Source of the DNA: an uncultured Lachnospiraceae bacterium
Lineage (GTDB): Bacteria > Bacillota > Clostridia > Lachnospirales > Lachnospiraceae
Reading direction: 5' to 3'
Assembly (NCBI GenBank): GCA_902793045.1
Contig: CADBBS010000003.1
Coordinates: 1-29,759, forward strand
DNA: 29,759 nucleotides
Below are positions 18,060 to 24,782 of the stretch, piece after piece. Numbering within the stretch: position 1 is the first letter of the stretch; each line of letters starts with the position of its first letter. The notes under the pieces are model-generated. The model was not told the origin of the DNA. It worked only from the letters and a program-made list of their open reading frames with translations, and searched no databases. The position numbers and the translations under genes were made by a program.

Positions 18060-19349
18060 TTACAATATATTATAAGTTCCTTTCGTTATTGCTTCAATTC
18101 CTAGCATTGTTGCAATCACGCAGTCATCGTGAAAATTTTGGTGAGCATTATACGTTCGCTTACCATTACTTGTCACTTTCATTTCGTACATTTCCATTTC
18201 TACAACAAGCTCTGGGTCGTTGAGTAGCTGTACCTGTTTATTTTGTATATAAACAATTAACGAATTTATAAGACGCTCCTTTGACTCGTTTGTAGTTGTA
18301 AATTTTAGCAACATTACAGGTAAGGCTTCTGCTTTTATTGCTTTATCAAGTAGTCCGTAGAAAACTGTACCTATGCTATTACTCTCGCACAACACTTTTA
18401 AAGGACGATACTCTTTTATTAGCCCTACAATATAATCTATGGTTTGTGTTTCATCTTTATCGTTAAAGTGAAATAACTTTACCATTTCTCTATCACTGTT
18501 AAATATTGCGATAGCCGTTGAATCTTGACCTTGACCAGAGCCCCAGTCAATTCCCATATACAATAATTGATTCTCTTTATTGTAGTTATTGTTCAAAACT
18601 GCTGAGAAATCTCCAAATACGCCACCTTCACTTGACATAAATTCGCCAAGGTATTCTGTGCGAAACTTTTGTAATGGCATCGTTTTTCGGTACTCTTCCA
18701 ATTTTTCCGGAGGCAAGAGAGCTGACGTGTCGTATTTAGGGTCTGACCAATCGTATGAAAGGACTTTATTATTATTCTTAAAACCTCTCATGTAAGTCTC
18801 ATAGAAAAATCCGCTTTTATGATAAGGGGTGGAGACTATAACTATCGGGGCTTGACTAACATTGACCCACGGTAAGCAGTCATAAATTATGCTATCGTTA
18901 ATATAAGCCGCTTCATCTATCGTCATAATCCCGCTAACAGTATACCCTCGTAAAGCTGAGCCTTGTTCCGCTGATTTGAAGTAGATAGAACTACCATTTT
19001 TCAGCTCAACACACAGCTGCAAATCGTTATGCCTGCGATAAAGACGTGTTGGTTGCAAAATATTCTTTATACTTCGGTAAAGTTTACGTGCTTGGTCTAG
19101 TGTAGGTGATAATGATATAGAATCTGTTTTATTTCTTTCAGCAGCTGTCCTTATCAGAAGCAACTGGAGCAGGGTACTCTTCCCGATTTGGCGACGTGAT
19201 TTTATGACGTGTGTGTAACCTTTCCAATGCTGCTCTAAATTACTCACAACTTCGAGCTGCCAAGGAAAAAGTCGGATATTTGCATTTACTTTAACTTTCC
19301 TCTCTTCCATAGTTAAGCTGATTTTTGCTGTTGTTTCTTTCGTTCCCAA
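18060..19349 (-). CDS. terL: Terminase large subunit
   Basis: 429 aa. Walker A-like KSRRQIGKST, Walker B-like IMTIDEAAY, and a C-terminal RNase H-like nuclease pattern GIDWGSGQGQDSTAIAIF...HDDCVIA. An alternative in-frame start (MEERKV, 19310) would remove the 37-nt overlap with the upstream endonuclease gene. Confidence 0.9.
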   Translation of the reverse strand: MGTKETTAKISLTMEERKVKVNANIRLFPWQLEVVSNLEQHWKGYTHVIKSRRQIGKSTLLQLLLIRTAAERNKTDSISLSPTLDQARKLYRSIKNILQPTRLYRRHNDLQLCVELKNGSSIYFKSAEQGSALRGYTVSGIMTIDEAAYINDSIIYDCLPWVNVSQAPIVIVSTPYHKSGFFYETYMRGFKNNNKVLSYDWSDPKYDTSALLPPEKLEEYRKTMPLQKFRTEYLGEFMSSEGGVFGDFSAVLNNNYNKENQLLYMGIDWGSGQGQDSTAIAIFNSDREMVKLFHFNDKDETQTIDYIVGLIKEYRPLKVLCESNSIGTVFYGLLDKAIKAEALPVMLLKFTTTNESKERLINSLIVYIQNKQVQLLNDPELVVEMEMYEMKVTSNGKRTYNAHQNFHDDCVIATMLGIEAITKGTYNIL

Positions 19350-19891
19350 TATAATTTAGCTGACTCACGCAACTTTGCCTTTGTTTCATCACTAAGAACA
19401 CGTCCTAAATTATACTGATTACCTTTCTTCGCCTCAGACATTTTTTGCCGAGCTGAATCGGACATAACTTTTCCTTTAGACGATTCAGACATTTTTCGCT
19501 TTGACTCAGCAGACAAAACATGACCTAAACCATTTTTATTACCTTTCATTGATTCAGACGTTTTGTGTCTTGATTCAGCTGACTTTGTATAACCCATCGT
19601 CCCCTCTCCGCCTTTCGTATGATTATATCCCTTGAGAGGATTCATAGTTTCATAAAAGGCGATTAGATATTTTTCAAGATAATCCGCTTCCTTTTTCGTT
19701 AAATCAGTAGCTATAATTACATGCTCAAAATTATTCCAACCGTACTTCTCTATAGCTCGATAAAAGTGAGAATGTGCTTTATAACCGTTACCCTTATTCC
19801 AACGATATTCAGGTTTCCGACATGTTTGACCTATGTAAATTTTTCCGTTAGGTGATACGTGCTTATATACACAATATTGTTTATCTTCCAT
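19313..19891 (-). CDS. GIY-YIG homing endonuclease with NUMOD3-like repeats
   Basis: 192 aa. YCVYKHVSPNGKIYIGQT...R, YGWNNF, GYNHTKGGEG, then repeats SAESRHKTSESMKG / SAESKRKMSESSKG / SDSARQKMSEAKKG / SDETKAKLRESAK. Confidence 0.9.
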   Translation of the reverse strand: MEDKQYCVYKHVSPNGKIYIGQTCRKPEYRWNKGNGYKAHSHFYRAIEKYGWNNFEHVIIATDLTKKEADYLEKYLIAFYETMNPLKGYNHTKGGEGTMGYTKSAESRHKTSESMKGNKNGLGHVLSAESKRKMSESSKGKVMSDSARQKMSEAKKGNQYNLGRVLSDETKAKLRESAKLYWERKKQQQKSA

Positions 19892-19911
19892 AACACATTC
19901 CTTTCATTAAA

Positions 19912-20355
19912 TTATTCATCCTTACTTTCATCATTATCTTCTACGGTAGGTGTATTATCATTACCTAATCCGAAGTCAATAACAATTTCGTTGTCTGTAG
20001 ATAGCTTAATTTTTTCCGTATAAGCTCCACACATGCGATTTTGAGTATCTATCGCCTTAATTGCCGAACTTCTATCTCCGGTTTTCATTGAATCCTCAAT
20101 CAGACTATCTAAGCGTCCTGTATTGAGTGAGATGAGAGTATCTTTCGTCTCTTCACTTCTCATAAATTTCAAAGTATCTTGAATAGCGAGCTCTACTGTT
20201 TTTCTCGACAAGCCCCATTCGTCTGTAAAACGGTTCACCATCGTTACATAGCTTTGTCCGCTTGCCATAGCCTGTAATATAAGGTTGCGTCTGGCTTCAA
20301 GCTTCATTGGTAGTGCTTTGTCATCATCCCTCGTTTTCTTGTGACTGTCTGCCAT
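19912..20355 (-). CDS. terS: Putative terminase small subunit
   Basis: 147 aa. HTH-like N-terminal part (SYVTMVNRFTDEWGLSRKTVELAI), then helical ..AIKAIDTQNRMCGAY and an acidic tail. It lies upstream of terL, separated only by an endonuclease gene. Confidence 0.5.
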   Translation of the reverse strand: MADSHKKTRDDDKALPMKLEARRNLILQAMASGQSYVTMVNRFTDEWGLSRKTVELAIQDTLKFMRSEETKDTLISLNTGRLDSLIEDSMKTGDRSSAIKAIDTQNRMCGAYTEKIKLSTDNEIVIDFGLGNDNTPTVEDNDESKDE

Positions 20356-20662
20356 AGTTCTTTCCTTTCTGTTTAGGTTGTTTATTTTGCTGAGATTCTT
20401 TTTTATTTTTCTCAGCCTCTTCTTCTTTAACTTTCTTTTCGCGTTCCTCTTTCTCTTTATAATAAGGAACTGCTAACTTTTTAATGAACTCTAAGCAGCA
20501 TTTAGGACAACCATTATGTACATAGATAATCCCTACTTCTGCTGCGGCTGTAATAAGTTCATTCAATTCATTTTTCGTTAACCCGTGAATGTAATCCGCT
20601 TTCGACGCTGTGTAGAAATACGAATCATATTTAGCTAACACGGAAAATACTTCATCTTTCAT
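20324..20662 (-). CDS. Hypothetical protein with Cys pair and K/E-rich tail
   Basis: 112 aa. HNGCPKCC motif, then EKEEREKKVKEEEAEKNKKE. Confidence 0.45.
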   Translation of the reverse strand: MKDEVFSVLAKYDSYFYTASKADYIHGLTKNELNELITAAAEVGIIYVHNGCPKCCLEFIKKLAVPYYKEKEEREKKVKEEEAEKNKKESQQNKQPKQKGKNYGRQSQENEG

Positions 20663-20663
20663 C

Positions 20664-21008
20664 TTAGTCTATTAAGTGTTTATAAATTAGTCTCACGAAG
20701 GAAATACCAATATCCTTCATACATAATATAGTGTCTTTATAAAAGTCGCAAAAAGTGCTATTTATCAGGGCAGCAGCAATCCAAAGTAGTGTAAAATGAC
20801 CAGTACACAATAGATAAATCATACTAGCCCAAAAAATTTGACAAGTTTCGCAATCTAGTAAGTGAAATCTATATTCACTCTTCACAATTTTTCCTTTTGT
20901 TAGCAACCAAGATAATCCCTTCTTAGATGATTCCGGAAAATCTGTTATTCCTGTTATAACTGTAAATATAATACCAATTGCTAATAAATCTAATAATGTC
21001 TTTATCAT
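20664..21008 (-). CDS. Small integral membrane protein
   Basis: 114 aa with about three hydrophobic segments (LLDLLAIGIIFTVITGI; CQIFWASMIYLLCTG; FTLLWIAAALINSTF) and a CETC motif. Confidence 0.5.
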   Translation of the reverse strand: MIKTLLDLLAIGIIFTVITGITDFPESSKKGLSWLLTKGKIVKSEYRFHLLDCETCQIFWASMIYLLCTGHFTLLWIAAALINSTFCDFYKDTILCMKDIGISFVRLIYKHLID

Positions 21009-21409
21009 AATATTATTTCTCCTTTTCCATATTTTTTCTCATACAACTCTCTTACTTTCTTTCGTGCAGCCCAAATAAGAATCTTCAAACTAGCTGCTGA
21101 TTTATAAGAGCACCCGGCACCATTAAACACTTCCAAAATCCGATTATAGTCACCCTCATAGCACAAATATAATATTACGAAATTTCTATCTCCGGGGTCT
21201 GCTTCGTCCATAATTAGTCTCCACGTACGCAGAAACTTAATGGCTCTATCGGGATTAAACCACAAAAAACGCGGGTCATCATCATAAATAGCGTTCATGT
21301 AGTCAGTATATTCTTGCTTTACCTCATTGTAGCGTCTTTCCATCATAGCTACATATTCTTGTACAGCCCCTTTAGCCTCACTGTATAAGAAATTATCAAT
21401 CTTCTTCAT
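21005..21409 (-). CDS. Sigma-70 region-4-like protein (candidate partner of 21430..21864)
   Basis: 134 aa. DRNFVILYLCYEGDYNRILEVFNG..CSYKSAASLKILIWAARKKVRELYEKK fits the region 4.2 pattern (r..f.l....g.sy.eIa.......tvk....rArkkl...l). Confidence 0.35.
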   Translation of the reverse strand: MKKIDNFLYSEAKGAVQEYVAMMERRYNEVKQEYTDYMNAIYDDDPRFLWFNPDRAIKFLRTWRLIMDEADPGDRNFVILYLCYEGDYNRILEVFNGAGCSYKSAASLKILIWAARKKVRELYEKKYGKGEIIL

Positions 21410-21429
21410 AACACATTTCCTTTCTTTGT

Positions 21430-21864
21430 TTAATATTCAATTCCCTCGATGTCTTTGCTATCACTTCCGTAAAATGACTGCCAAAAACTATCTTCCATTG
21501 TTACAAATTTCTCTCTGTACTTGTTATACTTGTAGTAAAGTGTAGAGGAATCAGAAATAATTTGCCTATGTACAATTCCAGCCACAAATGCAGAAATACT
21601 ATAATATCCCTGCTCATACAAGTCATCCCATTTTTCTTGCGGAACTTTACAAACTTCAATGTATATTTCCTGTATCTTGTCAGCAGTGTCACCTTGTTTA
21701 ATAGTGCGCTTCAACAAGTATGTTGTGTACCACTCAACGATGTGTATAGAATAAATCCACTGTACTATATCATCGCGCTTTCCAGATTTAAGCGGAATTT
21801 CTTTCGTAAGGACACGGTTATCATAGTTCCAATTTCTTCCGCTCTCCTTCTTTAATTCTTTCAT
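21430..21864 (-). CDS. Sigma-70 region-2-like protein
   Basis: 144 aa. GDTADKIQEIYIEVCKV....DDLYEQGYYSISAFVAGIVHRQIISDSS fits the region 2 pattern (aeDlvQevf..l.......f......f..Wl..Ia.n...d). Confidence 0.35.
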   Translation of the reverse strand: MKELKKESGRNWNYDNRVLTKEIPLKSGKRDDIVQWIYSIHIVEWYTTYLLKRTIKQGDTADKIQEIYIEVCKVPQEKWDDLYEQGYYSISAFVAGIVHRQIISDSSTLYYKYNKYREKFVTMEDSFWQSFYGSDSKDIEGIEY

Positions 21865-21906
21865 ATCATCAATTTTTTAAGGTTTACTTCATTCTAATAA
21901 GAGAAG

Positions 21907-21938
21907 GAGAGTACCGCAAATTCATTGCTAGTACCCTC
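21907..21938 (-). terminator. Hairpin after the replication gene (weak terminator candidate)
   Basis: Minus-strand stem GAGGGTAC / GTACTCTC, 8 bp with one G.U pair, and a 16-nt loop. It is followed by CTTCTCTTATT. Confidence 0.3.
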
Positions 21939-21962
21939 GCCACTCCAAATATGAGAATTTAC

Positions 21963-23543
21963 TTATTTTTTCAACTGTTTAATAGCCTTTCTTACTTGGT
22001 GCTCAGTAACATCATACCCTAATTCTTTTAAGGCTTTCAGATTACCTCTAATGGATAAGCTCAAATCTACATTATCTATGAAGTCTAAGCTCTTTACACG
22101 GCTATCAACGGTCTCAATATTGTTCTTCTTAGCCCAATCATATAATCGGGTTCTCTTTACTTTAATTCCCTTTTCTTTTAGGGCTTCTAAGTTTTCCTTT
22201 ACAGATTTAGAAGTATCATAATTCTCAGCTATAGTAGAATCTGTTATTTCAGTTCTAGCCTTTGATATAACGCTTTTCTTATCCTCTATGTTCGGATTAA
22301 CTACAAACTTACTCATTCTACAGGTATTACCATTCACAAACTTCTCCTTAAATTCGTCTAAGTCTGCACAATAAGCCCTCTGAACACGTACCATTAAACA
22401 GTCTAAATCCAGTACACCATCAGTATTGTCAAAAAACCGCTGAACATCTATAATCATATTGTATAAAAGTTCATCGGGTGTTACTTCCGGTTTGATAAGT
22501 CTTCTGAGAATAGCCCTAATTAACAACTTCTTTCTACGCTTGTTACCATCTTCAATCTTCTTAGGCATATACAAGAGCTCCATGTAATCTTCTACTCTCG
22601 CATAATCCTTACCATCAAAGTTAATCTCCGGTTTAGTGAAGTATCTATAACCACCTTGATGATACCAGTAGTGTAATATCTTGTCTAAATCTTTCCGGTT
22701 CTTCAAATCTTCAATAAAATCACCGTTAAATTCTACAGCTTCATCACACTTAACACAAATATCATCATCCTCATCATCTTCACTTCTCAACTGCTCTGCC
22801 CAAGTTAATTCGGGAAAATCAGTCACAGAATAAACTAGATAGGACTTGTAACATTCATGCTCACTTGGATTAGCACCGTTGAAATACTGAACAGGGTCAC
22901 TACCACAGTCATCATAGAGCTCTTCATTTGTCATATCTTGTAAATCTGACATAATACAGTCTGAGATATGATAGAACTCATCCCTATTAAGCATACTGTC
23001 AAATACATATACCATCCTAAAACGTCTGCTATAACCAGTCTTCTCTTTATCAACTTTATCAGAGAATGAGGTATAGGTAACGGTTGGTGTATATGTCAAA
23101 GCACCAATATACTCTTCAATGTCATCTGAATAACTCTCTTTGTCAATATCTACAAAAATCGTATATGAACCCTTAAACAAATCATTACGTTTTGCAGACA
23201 TCTTGAAAAATCCTCTATTCTTTCCGGATTGATAGATTAGATACTGACCGCCTTTCTTGTTCTCATTACCGTTTTCATCCTTGTAAACTATCTTCACCTT
23301 ATCACTTGTAGTTTCAGGCGCGTACTTTTTATTTTCTACGTTGAATAGATTACAGAATGAATGACCAGTAATAGCATAATTAGCAAACTCATCAATAGTA
23401 ACAGTCTGCTCCTTAAATGCCATCGGTTCTTTACCTAATCCCTTAGCACCGCCCCTAGTTAAGCAAGCGGTAACTTCTTCTTTACTGTTATATCCCTCTC
23501 TACTAATTGAGACGGGAAATTTATAATCTTTAATTTCTTTCAT
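21963..23543 (-). CDS. Putative primase-polymerase (AEP-like) or replication initiation protein
   Basis: 526 aa. TIFVDIDK (DxD-like), TGYSRRFRMVYVFD and DDCGSDPVQYFNG are spaced as in archaeo-eukaryotic primase cores. An acidic linker follows. The C-terminus has two copies of an NL.ALKE.G..V.. motif. Confidence 0.45.
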   Translation of the reverse strand: MKEIKDYKFPVSISREGYNSKEEVTACLTRGGAKGLGKEPMAFKEQTVTIDEFANYAITGHSFCNLFNVENKKYAPETTSDKVKIVYKDENGNENKKGGQYLIYQSGKNRGFFKMSAKRNDLFKGSYTIFVDIDKESYSDDIEEYIGALTYTPTVTYTSFSDKVDKEKTGYSRRFRMVYVFDSMLNRDEFYHISDCIMSDLQDMTNEELYDDCGSDPVQYFNGANPSEHECYKSYLVYSVTDFPELTWAEQLRSEDDEDDDICVKCDEAVEFNGDFIEDLKNRKDLDKILHYWYHQGGYRYFTKPEINFDGKDYARVEDYMELLYMPKKIEDGNKRRKKLLIRAILRRLIKPEVTPDELLYNMIIDVQRFFDNTDGVLDLDCLMVRVQRAYCADLDEFKEKFVNGNTCRMSKFVVNPNIEDKKSVISKARTEITDSTIAENYDTSKSVKENLEALKEKGIKVKRTRLYDWAKKNNIETVDSRVKSLDFIDNVDLSLSIRGNLKALKELGYDVTEHQVRKAIKQLKK

Positions 23544-23571
23544 AAGGTCAGCCCTTGATTAAATGTTTTTC

Positions 23572-23691
23572 TTAGTCTTCTCTCCAAATCTGCTTAGCCT
23601 TGTACAACCTTTCAAATTTGGCTCTTCCTAATGTTTTCTTAGCGTCCTTTCTATTCTCAAAGGTTTCGCCGGTTTCTTTAATTATCCACAT
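23572..23691 (-). CDS. Small ORF (39 aa) with endonuclease-type DNA-binding motif
   Basis: Hand-translated as MWIIKETGETFENRKDAKKTLGRAKFERLYKAKQIWRED. The TGE.F.....A...LG motif is shared with 23996..24208 and with the C-terminus of the HNH protein 1165..1689. Confidence 0.35.
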   Translation of the reverse strand: MWIIKETGETFENRKDAKKTLGRAKFERLYKAKQIWRED

Positions 23692-23722
23692 AACTACATA
23701 ACGAATTTGCCCTATAACAAAT

Positions 23723-23844
23723 CGCGCCATAGGGTATATCTTTATTATTCTCTTTATTTATCTTATTATTTGTACTATTTAATTACTCCTAAACAATACA
23801 ATAATAGGACATCAATATTTACCGAAAACGGACACTATCACACA
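23723..23844 (+). repeat. Copy 2 of the ~121-bp three-copy element
   Basis: CGCGCCATAGGGTATATC, then an AT-rich core with TTTATTTATCTTATTAT, then ACATCAATATTTACCGAAAACGGACACTATCACACA. Confidence 0.8.
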
Positions 23845-23846
23845 GC

Positions 23847-23978
23847 TTATAACATTCCCATTCCAGCCATAATCGTAATCAAGCCAAATAGAAATCCAAA
23901 TACACATAGACTTCCAATAGCAGTCCAGTAGAGCAAGTATTTAACTACAAGTGCTACTACTAATAAAGTCTTCTTCAT
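23847..23978 (-). CDS. Small hydrophobic peptide (43 aa)
   Basis: Hand-translated as MKKTLLVVALVVKYLLYWTAIGSLCVFGFLFGLITIMAGMGML. AGGAGAATGTGTT lies upstream of the ATG. The stop abuts repeat copy 2. Confidence 0.4.
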   Translation of the reverse strand: MKKTLLVVALVVKYLLYWTAIGSLCVFGFLFGLITIMAGMGML

Positions 23979-23995
23979 AACACATTCTCCTATAT

Positions 23996-24208
23996 TTATT
24001 CATCTGCTTCTTTAGGCTTAGCAGACAATTTTTTACTCAGTTCATCAGCAGTACTAGTAACAACCTTAACTAGTTCACCGCTTTCAACTAAATCTATATA
24101 TCCGATAACCCCTAGCTTTTCTCTTGCTTCTAGTAGATTATCATATATCTCTCCAGTACGCTTATTCTTATACTTAAACGCAACTTTTAACATAGCTCTT
24201 CTTCTCAT
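23996..24208 (-). CDS. Small protein with endonuclease-type DNA-binding motif
   Basis: 70 aa. KNKRTGEIYDNLLEAREKLGVIGY resembles the short HTH modules found in homing endonucleases. Confidence 0.45.
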   Translation of the reverse strand: MRRRAMLKVAFKYKNKRTGEIYDNLLEAREKLGVIGYIDLVESGELVKVVTSTADELSKKLSAKPKEADE

Positions 24209-24243
24209 AGTTATCCAATATTAAATTCCGGATTAAAAGCGAC

Positions 24244-24320
24244 TTCAAGAGAGAACACTACTCACTTTAGCTTATTTTTTGAGTGGAGAACCGCGTATGT
24301 TTTCGTGTTCTCTCTTGAAA
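24244..24320. other. Long inverted repeat or hairpin
   Basis: TTCAAGAGAGAACAC (24244-24258) / GTGTTCTCTCTTGAA (24305-24319): a perfect 15-bp stem with a 46-nt interior that contains a 5-bp sub-stem (ACTCA/TGAGT). Confidence 0.7.
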
Positions 24321-24326
24321 GTGTTA

Positions 24327-24383
24327 GATGAGGTTTTAGATTGGTGTAAACGGTAAAAATACAATCTACCTCATCATTTTTGG
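24327..24383 (+). terminator. Two-tier hairpin followed by a T-run on the plus strand
   Basis: GATGAGG (24327-24333) / CCTCATC (24369-24375) and TAGATTG (24337-24343) / CAATCTA (24362-24368), with an 18-nt loop. It is followed by ATTTTTGG on the plus strand. There is no U-run in the minus-strand reading. Confidence 0.45.
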
Positions 24384-24484
24384 CTAGCTTTGATAGACTT
24401 CCGGATTGTCTTCTCTACCTCTCTGCTTTGTTTCGCTTCAATTCGCCGCTTATTGTTTCTGATATTACCACCTCTACTACTCAT
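24374..24484 (-). CDS. Small basic ORF (36 aa), uncertain
   Basis: Hand-translated as MSSRGGNIRNNKRRIEAKQSREVEKTIRKSIKASQK. No RBS-like purine run. The stop overlaps the hairpin at 24327-24375. Confidence 0.2.
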   Translation of the reverse strand: MSSRGGNIRNNKRRIEAKQSREVEKTIRKSIKASQK

Positions 24485-24782
24485 TTCACAACGCTTAGTA
24501 GCCCTCTTGTATCAGAGCAAGAGGAGAACATTACTTTTAGAAATATTATAGACTTATTTGTCCAAAGAGATAACGCTTAAAACTATTTGACTTAATTCAA
24601 ACTAACTTTTTCAAGCGTCATCTATAAATTAGATAGATTAAGTTTTCTTTTATTTACACATATAAGGATTTCAGCATTTCTAACCCGAAAATAGTTGGCA
24701 AATTATGGCATTTTTGATAAGAATTGTCCAAATCGCTCAACGAAGATAGGGTTATGCTCAAAATCAATAAAAATTGCGTGAG

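Noticed and set aside
21501-21692. 63-aa minus-strand ORF nested inside 21430..21864
   Set aside because: It is in an alternative frame entirely within a longer ORF that has a sigma region-2-like pattern, and nothing supports it independently.
23707-23931. Plus-strand ORF (74 aa) covering repeat copy 2
   Set aside because: It starts at a non-ATG codon and has a Y/L-rich low-complexity translation. The homologous frame is not maintained in copies 1 and 3. A more plausible minus-strand 43-aa hydrophobic ORF occupies its 3' part.
24485-24782. Promoter calls in the spacers, such as TATAAT at about 24535 on the minus strand and TAnnTTTG-like or TTTG motifs near 27880-27950
   Set aside because: Isolated hexamer matches lack properly spaced partner elements. 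Examples are TTGGAC only 9 nt from the TATAAT, and TTTG to GAGTTTTG spacing of 14-15 nt instead of about 19-21. The host sigma specificity is also unknown, so no promoter is reported as a feature.
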